Shown here piece after piece: positions 1 to 11,251 of a DNA stretch of 22,580 bases (within the stretch, counting starts at the first letter, position 1; every line of letters begins with the position of its first letter). The stretch spans positions 1 through 22,580 of the forward strand of contig JBDRLW010000013.1 of assembly GCA_043812655.1 (NCBI GenBank), given 5' to 3'. Below the pieces are notes generated by a model. It was not told the DNA's origin. It saw only the letters and a list, made by a program, of their open reading frames with translations, and searched no databases. A program made the position numbers and the translations under genes. Source of the DNA: a bacterium (GTDB lineage Bacteria > Margulisbacteria > WOR-1 > O2-12-FULL-45-9 > XYB2-FULL-48-7).

Positions 1-142
1 AATTGACCGTCCCAGGAGCGACAATGCCATCCCCGCTAACCTTCCCTTGAAAACTGATCTTTGGCGGTATTGCCGCCCAAGCATGAGAAAAAATAACGAA
101 CAGAAAAAAAACCAACACCCCTAAAATTATTTTTTTATACAA
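1..142 (-). CDS. 5' part of a secreted protein that runs off the window; TTG start, MYKKIILGVLVFFLFVIFSHAWA-AIPPKISFQGKVSGDG...
   Basis: Manual translation: open frame from TTG at 142 to the window edge. AGGAGG RBS at 157-152 (9-nt spacing). Sec signal peptide ending AWA. Not in the supplied ORF track. Confidence 0.75.
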   Translation of the reverse strand, partial: MYKKIILGVLVFFLFVIFSHAWAAIPPKISFQGKVSGDGIVAPGTVN

Positions 143-184
143 AATAAGAAACCTCCTGTTTTTTTGTATTATGCTAACTTACAA

Positions 185-225
185 AAGTACTAGGTGTTAA
201 ATCAATAACATAACACGTAGTACTT
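185..225. terminator. 15-bp imperfect inverted repeat (14/15) with 11-nt spacer; possible terminator or operator
   Basis: AAGTACTAGGTGTTA (185-199) / TAACACGTAGTACTT (211-225), 10 nt past the stop of the SLH gene. The minus strand ends in a short T run. Confidence 0.4.
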
Positions 226-235
226 AGAACTTTCC

Positions 236-2212
236 CTAATAAGACTCCCAATTCAACAAATCTTTTTTGAGGATCTCTTGGACCGCTTTCGTCCGATAAA
301 GCATCTCCACCGTCTCGGCCCGGGTCAACTGCTTGTTCGGCTCAAAATCTTTCCCTTTTAGATAATCAACGATCCCGGCCTTAGACGCGCCAGATAAGGT
401 CTTGGCTACCCAGTGGGCGGAAGTCAGGTCGGGGAACTGCCTCTCCCACATGATCTCTCCTATCCCGGCAAACCGGGCGATCATGGCTAAGCCTTCGGCC
501 CGGGTAATATTACCGGACGGTTTGAAAATATTTCCCTCGTAACCTTTAACCACGCCGCGCTGGGCCGCCTGGGCGATGAACTTGGCCGCCCAGTGCTTGG
601 GATTAACATCTTTAAAGTTTAACGGCGCTTCACTTGTTGCCGGCAAGGCCAAGGTTTTCATGAGCAAACTGCACATCTCCGCCCGGGTAATATTGCCATT
701 GGGGCGGAAAGTACTGTCGGGATAGCCAGTAATAATGCCCGCCATAGCCAAAAGCGATATCTGTTGTTCGACCCAGTAGCCGACAGGAACATCGGGATAG
801 CGGACAAGTCGCAAGATATAATTTCTTTTTTCAAAGACTTTAACCTGGTCTTCATCTTTCCCTTCAATGATTATCTTGTTCTTGCCGATCCTCATGCTTA
901 CTTCGGTCGTAGCAATTTCACCCCGCAATGAATAGCGGGTCAAAATGCCATTAATAAGTAGAGTCCTGACCCGCGGTTCCACGACTCTGCCGGCCACGAC
1001 CACCTTGCTTTCGAAAGTGATCAATTTATCAGGCGGCGAAGTCAAGATGATCGGCCCTTTGTCCAGGTCGAGGATCGTGACAGGCTGGGAATAGGAAAGA
1101 GAAAAGAACTGGTTCCCCATATTGCCGGCACCCGAAAAGGTCCTGTAGGCATAATCAAAAACAAAGCCATTCATTAAAAACCCGACACCATAAGCCATAT
1201 CGGAAATGACCGTCAGTCCCCCTTGGCCATCACCAGCGGTATCCTGGTCGATACCAGCCCGGAGCGCCAGCATGGGGATCGGTTTCCACTCCGCGCCGAT
1301 GTGGAAAAGGTTGGGATTATTTTTTAGCGACAATTGGCTGTTCATGTCAGCGACCAGCTTGAGGTTGTGTTCCCCCATTTCATAAAGTGAATCGGTCTTC
1401 CCCCAAAGGTTAAGGGCCGCGCCGATCGTCATCGCCGCCGGATAAGTTTCTTCATGGCCCGAAGCGTATTTAAGTTTCCCCCCCGCGGTAAAAGGAAGGA
1501 TATTTTTAAAGGCTAAACCGAGATTGAGCCACTTCCGGGGATAAACCTTTAAGCCAAGGTCAAGCTCGCTCCCGCTTGCTTCGCCGCCGACAATGCCATC
1601 GCCATACAGGGCGACTTGGAAGATCTTATAGTTAAGACCAAAAGAGACCCTATCCATCATCGGAATTTTTTTAAATAAGTCAAATTTTTTCAGCGAATTG
1701 GCATAAGATAAGACAAACGCGTTGTTATAATTACCCATTATCGGTTGGGATGTATCGATCGTATAGATCGGGTCGGCTGGGTCAGACCCGGCTTCTATCG
1801 TCGTCGGATAAGCGCCGCCGACCGAAGTGCCGGAAAACGCCAGGCCAAAAACCCCGTATTCAGTCGGATATAGGCCGGAAAAAGCGGTGTAAGAAAATTC
1901 ATCTAAAAATTTACCGGAGAGGGATGACATCTGCCAACCAGCGACATCGGCCATGCCGGCCGGGTTGGTGTACATTGAAGCGACGTCATCGGCCAAACCA
2001 TAATAAGCTTTACCCAAGCCGATAACCCGCGCGTTAGGGACAAATTGAGTCGGGTCTTTGGCCACAGGGATAGCAAAAACGATTGGAGATAATACTAGTA
2101 AGATGAACAAAACTGATAATATCTGTAACCCCATACTAAAGTATGGGGTATAATTGGCTTTTTTCAATATACCCCACACTTCAGTGTGGGGTGTTGACCG
2201 TATAATTTTCAT
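236..2212 (-). CDS. Outer-membrane protein: PorV/PorQ(FadL)-like beta-barrel + Ig-like domain + three C-terminal SLH domains
   Basis: Signal peptide ending SPIVFA. N-terminal NARVIGLGKAY...SMYTNPAG motif typical of PorV/PorQ/UPF0164 barrels. Alternating beta strands end in FFSLSY. Three SLH repeats ((F/Y)xDV..W...G(I/V)..GY...F.P...TRAE). The start may be 2212 or the internal ATG at 2134. Confidence 0.8.
   Translation of the reverse strand: MKIIRSTPHTEVWGILKKANYTPYFSMGLQILSVLFILLVLSPIVFAIPVAKDPTQFVPNARVIGLGKAYYGLADDVASMYTNPAGMADVAGWQMSSLSGKFLDEFSYTAFSGLYPTEYGVFGLAFSGTSVGGAYPTTIEAGSDPADPIYTIDTSQPIMGNYNNAFVLSYANSLKKFDLFKKIPMMDRVSFGLNYKIFQVALYGDGIVGGEASGSELDLGLKVYPRKWLNLGLAFKNILPFTAGGKLKYASGHEETYPAAMTIGAALNLWGKTDSLYEMGEHNLKLVADMNSQLSLKNNPNLFHIGAEWKPIPMLALRAGIDQDTAGDGQGGLTVISDMAYGVGFLMNGFVFDYAYRTFSGAGNMGNQFFSLSYSQPVTILDLDKGPIILTSPPDKLITFESKVVVAGRVVEPRVRTLLINGILTRYSLRGEIATTEVSMRIGKNKIIIEGKDEDQVKVFEKRNYILRLVRYPDVPVGYWVEQQISLLAMAGIITGYPDSTFRPNGNITRAEMCSLLMKTLALPATSEAPLNFKDVNPKHWAAKFIAQAAQRGVVKGYEGNIFKPSGNITRAEGLAMIARFAGIGEIMWERQFPDLTSAHWVAKTLSGASKAGIVDYLKGKDFEPNKQLTRAETVEMLYRTKAVQEILKKDLLNWESY
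2123..2197. repeat. Inverted pair of 22-nt palindromes (REPIN/MITE-like) inside the 5' end of the SLH gene
   Basis: ACCCCATACT-AA-AGTATGGGGT (2128-2149) and ACCCCACACT-TC-AGTGTGGGGT (2171-2192). Each is a perfect 10-bp stem, and the loops face opposite ways. Confidence 0.8.
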
Positions 2213-2224
2213 CTTTTCTATTTA

Positions 2225-4390
2225 TTATTTATTAGTCCAAACCATCATCTTGTTCTTGGCTAATTCTTGCCCATTGATATCCGTCACATAGATCAAATAC
2301 ATTCCAGCCGGAATATTTGTAAAAACTGCGGGGGGAATGGTCCAAGTATACTGTGTTACTACGCCTTGGCCAGCGACAACAGCGGTTTTAACCCTCATGG
2401 TCCTGACCCCGCTATCTGTAAGTTTACCTCCTCTGACTTTCATTGTCTTATCTATTTCCTGTCCATCTTGCCCGACCAACCTTACGTCAAAGTCATTAAT
2501 CTGTATTTTGTCTGGTATCCTGATGAACGCCGTTGTGCCAACCTTCCGGTCAACAATGCTTCTTATCGTCCCGGTGTAACAAGGGTCTCCAACCCTGGCC
2601 CCCAATGGCGCCGTGTAAGTACTCCCGGGTAATAGGTCTTCAGCTACCGAAACAAAAACTTTTCCCATTCCAATGTTGCCTAAAGCGTCTTCACCATAAA
2701 GGATAAATGACGCGTCTGTCCCTTTCGCCCAGGCTGGGAGGGCTTCGGCGCTCGGAATTGTATAATATATGTGGACTTCGTTGGTCGCTACCACTTCTAT
2801 ACTGGTACTAGGTATCTCAGAATAAATATAAGTTGTCCCGCCTGTCGCGTCAGCGGTGGTCAATCTGGTCAGCAGTTTCGCTTTCATGGTATTAGGCTCA
2901 ATTGTGCCGGTCGAAGAGACCTCATAAGAAATGGTAGGCTGCGTTGTAATGTTAAACCTTCCAGGCGTCCCATCGGGTGCAGTATTAGCCGGATTAGCCA
3001 TCCCATCGGCAGTAACTTCACTCGAGACCATATGAAGTTCCAGCCAAACATTTCTAAAGAAAATTTTAGCAGTATAAGGATTTAAGGTAAAAGCGCCCGC
3101 CAGCGTATCAAAGGTCGCGTCAGGATTTGTAACCTTAATATCATAAGTATTTATTGTCGCGGTATCGGTGTTGCGGTCAGCAACGATATAAGCGACAATT
3201 TTTGTGCTTGAAGGATAAGTATAGGTAACAGGGAAGATCTCCGGCGAGCCGGTTTTAACGAATTGGACCGCCGCGCCGCTTAAAAAGCCGGTCCCAGTCA
3301 CTTCAACCGACCCCACCCACCCTTGCATTTTGGCGGCAGGTGTAATACCTGTCACTGTCGGCGAAGAGAGTTTTAAGATCTTGCCGGAATTCCCGGCCAG
3401 GTAGGCAAAGATAGAGATCGAGGTCCCATTGGCCAGCATTACGTTACAAGCCCCGACACTGGCGCCAACCACGCTGGTCTGCGGTCCAGATCCACTGCTA
3501 TAAATCGAAATGTCATTAAAAGTATCGGTGGCCGCCACGTCACCGGAAACAGGATAAGAAGTCCAGGTCGTCCCCCCGCTTCCAGTGATCAAGACGTTTC
3601 CCCCTTCGCCAACCAGCCAACCAAGATTTTCATTATAAAAATAAACCGCTTTTAATTTCTTATCGGCAACAGCGGAGATCTGGGTCGGCTGCCAATAACT
3701 CCCCCCATTGATAGTTTTATAATAATATCCATTATCTCCCGCCGCGTAGCCCACTGAAGTATCGATAAAATAAAGATCATTGATCGGCTGAAGTGAAGCC
3801 GTCAAAGTGGTGGCGCCATTCTTTAAAATTATGCCGTCGCCCCCTTTGGTCCCCCAAACCCAAACTTCGTCGGCCGCCGTCAAGAAAACACCGTTGGCCA
3901 CCACTCCGCTGATCGTTTCGGTCGTCCAAGAAGCCCCGCTATCAGTAGAAGTTAGGAGATAACTGTCGGTGTTATCGGTCCCCACTATTGCCCGGTAGAC
4001 CCCAAAATATGAACCCTTCTTAAAAACCACGCCCGCCGGCAAACCAGAGAAAGAAGAACTAATATCGGTAAAGCTGGCCGCGCCATCAACCGTTTTAAAG
4101 ACTTTTCCCCCGGCGCTCAAAATATACCCTTCAGTTAAACTGGGAAAAAAGACATTGTTGTAATTTCCGGTATCGCCCGTGGTTTTTGCTTCCCAGGTCG
4201 TGCCGCTATTGGCGGTTTTTAAGACCGTGCCACTGTCACCCACCGCGTAACCGTCGGCTCCATTGATAAAGTAAAGGGCATTAATGTTCTGGGCGGTGCC
4301 GGTTTCTTGGGTTGCCCAAAGGGCCAAAGCGGGATGGGAAATTAATAACGTGAAAACCGCGGCAAAAATTAGGTTTTTAAGGCTAGGCAT
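2225..4390 (-). CDS. Secreted YCF48/BNR-type beta-propeller protein with an IPT/TIG-like domain and a T9SS-CTD-like C-terminus
   Basis: Repeated F....GYAVGDSG..LKT..GG..W blades. PTVTGITP...V.VTGTGF..GA.V (IPT-like). Signal peptide MPSLKNLIFAAVFTLLISHPALA. The 4468 start overlaps pyrG, so ATG 4390 or GTG 4399 is preferred. Confidence 0.75.
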   Translation of the reverse strand: MPSLKNLIFAAVFTLLISHPALALWATQETGTAQNINALYFINGADGYAVGDSGTVLKTANSGTTWEAKTTGDTGNYNNVFFPSLTEGYILSAGGKVFKTVDGAASFTDISSSFSGLPAGVVFKKGSYFGVYRAIVGTDNTDSYLLTSTDSGASWTTETISGVVANGVFLTAADEVWVWGTKGGDGIILKNGATTLTASLQPINDLYFIDTSVGYAAGDNGYYYKTINGGSYWQPTQISAVADKKLKAVYFYNENLGWLVGEGGNVLITGSGGTTWTSYPVSGDVAATDTFNDISIYSSGSGPQTSVVGASVGACNVMLANGTSISIFAYLAGNSGKILKLSSPTVTGITPAAKMQGWVGSVEVTGTGFLSGAAVQFVKTGSPEIFPVTYTYPSSTKIVAYIVADRNTDTATINTYDIKVTNPDATFDTLAGAFTLNPYTAKIFFRNVWLELHMVSSEVTADGMANPANTAPDGTPGRFNITTQPTISYEVSSTGTIEPNTMKAKLLTRLTTADATGGTTYIYSEIPSTSIEVVATNEVHIYYTIPSAEALPAWAKGTDASFILYGEDALGNIGMGKVFVSVAEDLLPGSTYTAPLGARVGDPCYTGTIRSIVDRKVGTTAFIRIPDKIQINDFDVRLVGQDGQEIDKTMKVRGGKLTDSGVRTMRVKTAVVAGQGVVTQYTWTIPPAVFTNIPAGMYLIYVTDINGQELAKNKMMVWTNK

Positions 4391-4405
4391 TTTATTCACT
4401 AGAGT

Positions 4406-7065
<2,660 letters not shown>

Positions 7066-7069
<4 letters not shown>

Positions 7070-7419
7070 AATATTATTTTTGGCACCAAGACCAAAACCC
7101 CAACGATCAACGCGCCGACCGCAGCCAACAAGACCGCCGCCGCTGAAACATTCTTGATCAAAGCCGCCAGCGGATGCTGGTAGGGCTTGACCAGGTCGAT
7201 CGTTTCTTCGATCGCGGTATTGAACAATTCAGCCGTGATCACAAAAAATATCGCCAGGAGTATGACCGCCATTTCAATAGGCGATGACCCCAGCCAGCCC
7301 GCGCCAATAAAAACCAATATGGCAATAGCCAAATGGATCCTGATGTTCCTTTGGGTCCGGAGCGCGTGCTGGGCCCCCACTCCGGCATATTTAACGCTTT
7401 TCAAAAATCTTTTCGGCAT
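7066..7419 (-). CDS. dgkA: Diacylglycerol/undecaprenol kinase
   Basis: QRNIRIHL, AELFNTAIEETIDL, IKNVSAAAVL. Three TM segments; adjacent to ybeY. Confidence 0.9.
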
Positions 7420-7726
7420 TTCTCATCTTCCTCCCATGGTCGTAACCTAAAATGTGTAAGACCCCATGCACCACAAGACGCTTAACTTCGTCTCGGTAAG
7501 GAACACCGTAACGCTTGGCATTCTTTTTCGTCGTCTCGGCTGAAATTATAACATCACCCAAAAAACCTTCATTATTATAATTAAAAGATAAGACATCGGT
7601 CGGTTTATCTTTGCCCCGCCACTTTCGATTAAGCGCTTGGATCGTCTTATCATCTACAAAAGAAAGATCTATCGTTCCCTCTCTTTTGGCGCGCTTAATT
7701 ATTTTCTTGATTAACGGCCCGTACAT
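7391..7726 (-). CDS. ybeY: rRNA maturation endoribonuclease YbeY
   Basis: LNRKWRGKDKPTDVLSF, LGDVIIS, HGVLHILGYDH Zn motif. Confidence 0.95.
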   Translation of the reverse strand: MYGPLIKKIIKRAKREGTIDLSFVDDKTIQALNRKWRGKDKPTDVLSFNYNNEGFLGDVIISAETTKKNAKRYGVPYRDEVKRLVVHGVLHILGYDHGRKMRNAEKIFEKR

Positions 7727-8966
7727 CTCCCCCCAACGCGTTCAATTTATTGATTATATTATCATACCCGCGGCCGAGATGGTGGTCCCGGTCTTCGATC
7801 AATGTCTCTCCCTCGGCCGCCAACGCCGCGATCAGCAGGGCCGCCCCCGCCCGCAGGTCGGAAATTTTGACCGGCGCGCCCGATAATTTTTCCACTCCAG
7901 TGATCACCGCGCTCTGGCCTTCAAGCTTGATCTCCGCCCCCAAACGCTTAAGTTCATTCATATGCATAAAACGGTTTTCAAAGATCGTTTCAGAAACTAC
8001 CGACGTCCCTTTGGCCAAACATAAAAAGGCCGATAACTGCGGCTGCATATCGGTCGGAAAACCGGGATACGGCATGGTTTTAACATCAACAGCATGAAAG
8101 CCGCCGTTTTTCGAGACCAATAGGTCGCTCTCCCCCAACTTGACCTTAAGGCCGCTCTCCTGGAATTTTTGGATCGCCGATTCCAGGTGTTCCGGGACGA
8201 TCTTGTTGATCTTTAACTCTCCCCCGGTGATCGCCGCGGCCGCCAGGAAAGTCCCCGCTTCGATCCGGTCGGGAACGACCGAATATTCGACCGGATACAA
8301 TTTATTAACACCGATGATCTTGATCTCGCTGCTTCCAGCCCCTTCAATTTTGGCTCCCGCTTTTATTAAAAAATTAGCCAGGTCGATGATCTCCGGCTCC
8401 CGGGCGGCGTTCTCTAAAATTGTTTCGCCTTCAGCTAAGGTCGCCGCCATCATCACTGTCTCGGTCGCCCCCACCGACGGAAAATCCAAGCAGATCCGGC
8501 CGCCAACCAGTTTTGGGGCTTCGGCGATCACAAACCCGTGTTCTAATATAACTTTGGCCCCTAACCCCTCCAACCCTTTAATGTGGATATCAACCGGCCG
8601 GGACCCGATCGCGCACCCGCCGGGCAAAGGGATTTTTGCCAGCCCTTTGGTCGCCAGGATCGGGCCGATCACAAAAAATGAGGCCCGCATTTTAGTCACT
8701 AGTTCATAAGGCGCGACGTGGCGGACCTGGTTGTTCCAGACATCAACGGTATTCGGGATCGATTGGGAATATTCCGCCCGCAAGCCTAGCGCCCGCAAAA
8801 CCCGCAAGATCGTGATCACGTCGATCAAATTCGGGATGTTCCTGATCACCGTGTGGCCCGGCAAGAGGATCGTCGCCGCCAGGATCGGCAAGGCCGCGTT
8901 CTTTGAACCGGAAATAGTGACTTCGCCATTTAAGGGCTTTCCGCCCCGAACCGCTAAACGGAGCAT
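7695..8966 (-). CDS. murA: UDP-N-acetylglucosamine 1-carboxyvinyltransferase
   Basis: SGSKNAALPI, MRASF, LPGGCAIGSRPVDIH (catalytic Cys retained), YPGFPTDMQ, DLRAGAAL. Confidence 0.99.
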   Translation of the reverse strand: MLRLAVRGGKPLNGEVTISGSKNAALPILAATILLPGHTVIRNIPNLIDVITILRVLRALGLRAEYSQSIPNTVDVWNNQVRHVAPYELVTKMRASFFVIGPILATKGLAKIPLPGGCAIGSRPVDIHIKGLEGLGAKVILEHGFVIAEAPKLVGGRICLDFPSVGATETVMMAATLAEGETILENAAREPEIIDLANFLIKAGAKIEGAGSSEIKIIGVNKLYPVEYSVVPDRIEAGTFLAAAAITGGELKINKIVPEHLESAIQKFQESGLKVKLGESDLLVSKNGGFHAVDVKTMPYPGFPTDMQPQLSAFLCLAKGTSVVSETIFENRFMHMNELKRLGAEIKLEGQSAVITGVEKLSGAPVKISDLRAGAALLIAALAAEGETLIEDRDHHLGRGYDNIINKLNALGGDVRAVNQENN

Positions 8967-10144
8967 GTAAATTCCTCCGGCTTCTGATCGGTTAATTTAA
9001 AATAATATTTTAAAGCCGCCATGATTCTTTTGCTTGCCGCTCCATCGCCATACGGGTTAGCCCGGCGCGACATCTTATTATATTCTTTTTCGCTGGTTAA
9101 TAAAACCGTTAAATCATTAACTATCGCCGCCTCTTCGGTACCGACCAGTTTAACCGTTCCGGCGGTAACCGCGTCAGGCCTCTCGGTCTTGGCCCGCATG
9201 ACCAAAACAGGCTTGCCTAGCGACGGGCCTTCTTCCTGCACGCCGCCGGAATCGGTGAGAATGATGTACGCCGCTTTCATTAAATGGACAAAGGCTTCAT
9301 AGTCTTGCGGTTCGATCAGCTCAACATTTTCCAGCCCGCTTAATGACTCTTGGATAATATCATGGACCTTTGGGTTCTTATGGACCGGAATGACAAAATA
9401 GGTATCACTTCTAGACGCGACCTGCTTGATCGCACCGCAGATATTTTTGATCGGTCCGCCAAAGTTCTCCCGGCGGTGGGTCGTAACCAAGACCAGCTTT
9501 TTTCCCGGGCGCAATTTTAGGCCCGCTTTAGCCAGGTCGTAGTCGCGTCCAGCGACCGACAACAAAGCATCAATAACAGTATTACCCGTTAAAAAGATCT
9601 TTTCCCGGCTTATCCCTTCTTCTTCGGTCAAGACTTTTAAAGCCGACGGTGTAGGAGGGAAATGCAGGTCGGACAGGTCACTTAATAATTTCCGGTTGAT
9701 CTCTTCGGGATACGGCTGCCATTTATCGCCGGTCCGCAGCCCCGCTTCAACGTGGCCGAGCGGGATCCGCTGGTAATAAGCGGCCAGTCCCGCCGCGAAA
9801 GCCGTTGACGTATCACCTTGAACAAGGAGCATGTCCGGCTTTTCTCCCAAAATTATTTTTTCCATCCCGGCCAAAGTTTTGGTCACAATATCGGTCAAGC
9901 TCTGGTTTTCTTCCATAATTTCCAGGTCGTGATCTGGTTTGATCCCAAAGATCCGCAAAACCTGGTCAAGCATCTGGCGGTGTTGGCCGGTCACGACCAC
10001 GATCGACGTAAAGCCTGCCGCCTGTTTTTCTAATTCTTTTATGACCGGCGCCATTTTGATCGCTTCCGGCCTCGTCCCAAAAACAAACATGATCTTTTTT
10101 TTATTTATTATCTTACCTTCATTTTTCATTAAGTCATTTTTCAT
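8954..10144 (-). CDS. wecB: UDP-N-acetylglucosamine 2-epimerase (non-hydrolysing)
   Basis: FGTRPEAIKMAP, TGQHRQML, QGDT, HVEAGLRT, HRREN, TDSGGVQEE, NPYGDG. The N-terminus lies in a heptamer repeat, so the start is uncertain (10144 or 10129). Confidence 0.97.
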   Translation of the reverse strand: MKNDLMKNEGKIINKKKIMFVFGTRPEAIKMAPVIKELEKQAAGFTSIVVVTGQHRQMLDQVLRIFGIKPDHDLEIMEENQSLTDIVTKTLAGMEKIILGEKPDMLLVQGDTSTAFAAGLAAYYQRIPLGHVEAGLRTGDKWQPYPEEINRKLLSDLSDLHFPPTPSALKVLTEEEGISREKIFLTGNTVIDALLSVAGRDYDLAKAGLKLRPGKKLVLVTTHRRENFGGPIKNICGAIKQVASRSDTYFVIPVHKNPKVHDIIQESLSGLENVELIEPQDYEAFVHLMKAAYIILTDSGGVQEEGPSLGKPVLVMRAKTERPDAVTAGTVKLVGTEEAAIVNDLTVLLTSEKEYNKMSRRANPYGDGAASKRIMAALKYYFKLTDQKPEEFTCSV

Positions 10145-10152
10145 TTTTAATT
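10115..10152 (-). repeat. Heptamer tandem array (AAAAATG)n ending AATGAAGG at the wecB start
   Basis: Minus strand AATT AAAAATG AAAAATG ACTTAATG AAAAATG AAGGT. Confidence 0.6.
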
Positions 10153-11104
10153 ATTTTTGCATCGCCATAATGATCGCCGTAATGCTCAAGAGAAAACAGA
10201 CAATGTAGATCGACATCACCGCTTCCCTTTGGGTCAAACCGGCCCGCAAGAGCAGATGGTGGATATGTTTGTTATCGGGAGCAAAGGGGCTTTTTTTATT
10301 CTTCAGCCGCCGAAGGATCGCGAAAGTGGTGTCAAAGATCGGCACGCCCAGGATGAGGATCGGGATAATTAATGCCACGACCAAAGTGGTCTTAAACACT
10401 CCAACGATAGAGGCGGTAGCTAAAATAAAGCCTAAGAAATAACTGCCGGAATCGCCTAGGAATATCGAGGCCGGGTTAAAATTGTAGCGTAGAAATCCTA
10501 GCGCCGCCCCGGCTAACGCCAACATTAAGATCGCCCCACCGATTTGGTGGGTCCGCAGCGCCACAAAAAAAAGCGAACCGGCCGAGATCGCCGTCACCCC
10601 GGTCGCCAACCCGTCTAACCCGTCAATTAAATTAACCGCGTTAGTCATCCCCACCACCCAAAAAAGAGTTAATGGGATAGCGATGAACCCGAGCGGGAGC
10701 AAGCCATTAAAAGGATTGGAAATAAAAGTTATCTCTACCCCAAAATAGATCGCGACGAACGCCCCGACGCATTGCCAAAAAAGCTTGGTCAAGGGACGAA
10801 GCCCTCTAACATCATCAATGAGGCCGGTAAACATCACGATCGACCCGCCAAAGATGATCCCTAAGATCGGCAGGGAATTAATAATAATACCGTTAGCTGA
10901 AGAGATTAAAAGCCCAAATAGAACCGCGGCTAAAAAACCGAAATAAATGGCCAAACCGCCGCTGCGAGGGATATTTGAACTGTGGACTTTTCTTTCGGAT
11001 GGCTTATCGATCGCGCCTATTTCGGGGGCAAAACTCCGCACCATTGGGGTAAGCAAAATGGTTACTATCAATGCCACCAGAAAGGTTAGGAGGAATATGA
11101 GCAT
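10151..11104 (-). CDS. wecA: Undecaprenyl-phosphate GlcNAc-1-phosphate transferase (WecA/TagO, glycosyl transferase family 4)
   Basis: D.P..RKVH..IPRSGGLA, GLIDD, NAVNLIDGLDGLA, FLRYNFNPASIFLGDSGS, DNKHIHH; multiple TM helices. Confidence 0.9.
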   Translation of the reverse strand: MLIFLLTFLVALIVTILLTPMVRSFAPEIGAIDKPSERKVHSSNIPRSGGLAIYFGFLAAVLFGLLISSANGIIINSLPILGIIFGGSIVMFTGLIDDVRGLRPLTKLFWQCVGAFVAIYFGVEITFISNPFNGLLPLGFIAIPLTLFWVVGMTNAVNLIDGLDGLATGVTAISAGSLFFVALRTHQIGGAILMLALAGAALGFLRYNFNPASIFLGDSGSYFLGFILATASIVGVFKTTLVVALIIPILILGVPIFDTTFAILRRLKNKKSPFAPDNKHIHHLLLRAGLTQREAVMSIYIVCFLLSITAIIMAMQK

Positions 11105-11115
11105 TACGGGATATT

Positions 11116-11124
11116 ATTGTAGCA
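11116..11124 (-). promoter_or_regulatory. Extended -10 (TGcTACAAT) for the wecA...pyrG operon
   Basis: 11 nt upstream of ATG 11104; no SD. Confidence 0.5.
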
Positions 11125-11146
11125 TATTTTGAACTGTTTTCCAACA

Positions 11147-11173
11147 GGAACCTGCGAATGAATTCGCGGTTCC
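11147..11173. repeat. REP-like palindrome between divergent wecA and gmhA
   Basis: GGAACC-t-GCGAA-TGAA-TTCGC-GGTTCC: 11-bp stem with one bulge and a TGAA/TTCA loop. Confidence 0.6.
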
Positions 11174-11235
11174 ATAGATAATTCCGCAGAATTTATAGTA
11201 ATAACCGAGAATTTATTCTCAGGTTCCGAAAAATA

Positions 11236-11244
11236 TGATATTAT
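11236..11244 (+). promoter_or_regulatory. Extended -10 (TGaTATTAT) for gmhA
   Basis: 7 nt upstream of ATG 11252; no SD. Confidence 0.5.
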
Positions 11245-11251
11245 TATATTA

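Noticed and set aside
185..225. Possible dif/Xer site (TTATGTTA, GTGTTAAAT fragments)
   Set aside because: It does not match the 11-6-11 XerC/XerD layout.
2225..4390. Photosystem II assembly factor (Ycf48) implying photosynthesis
   Set aside because: The propeller repeat is generic; extra domains and context indicate a surface protein.
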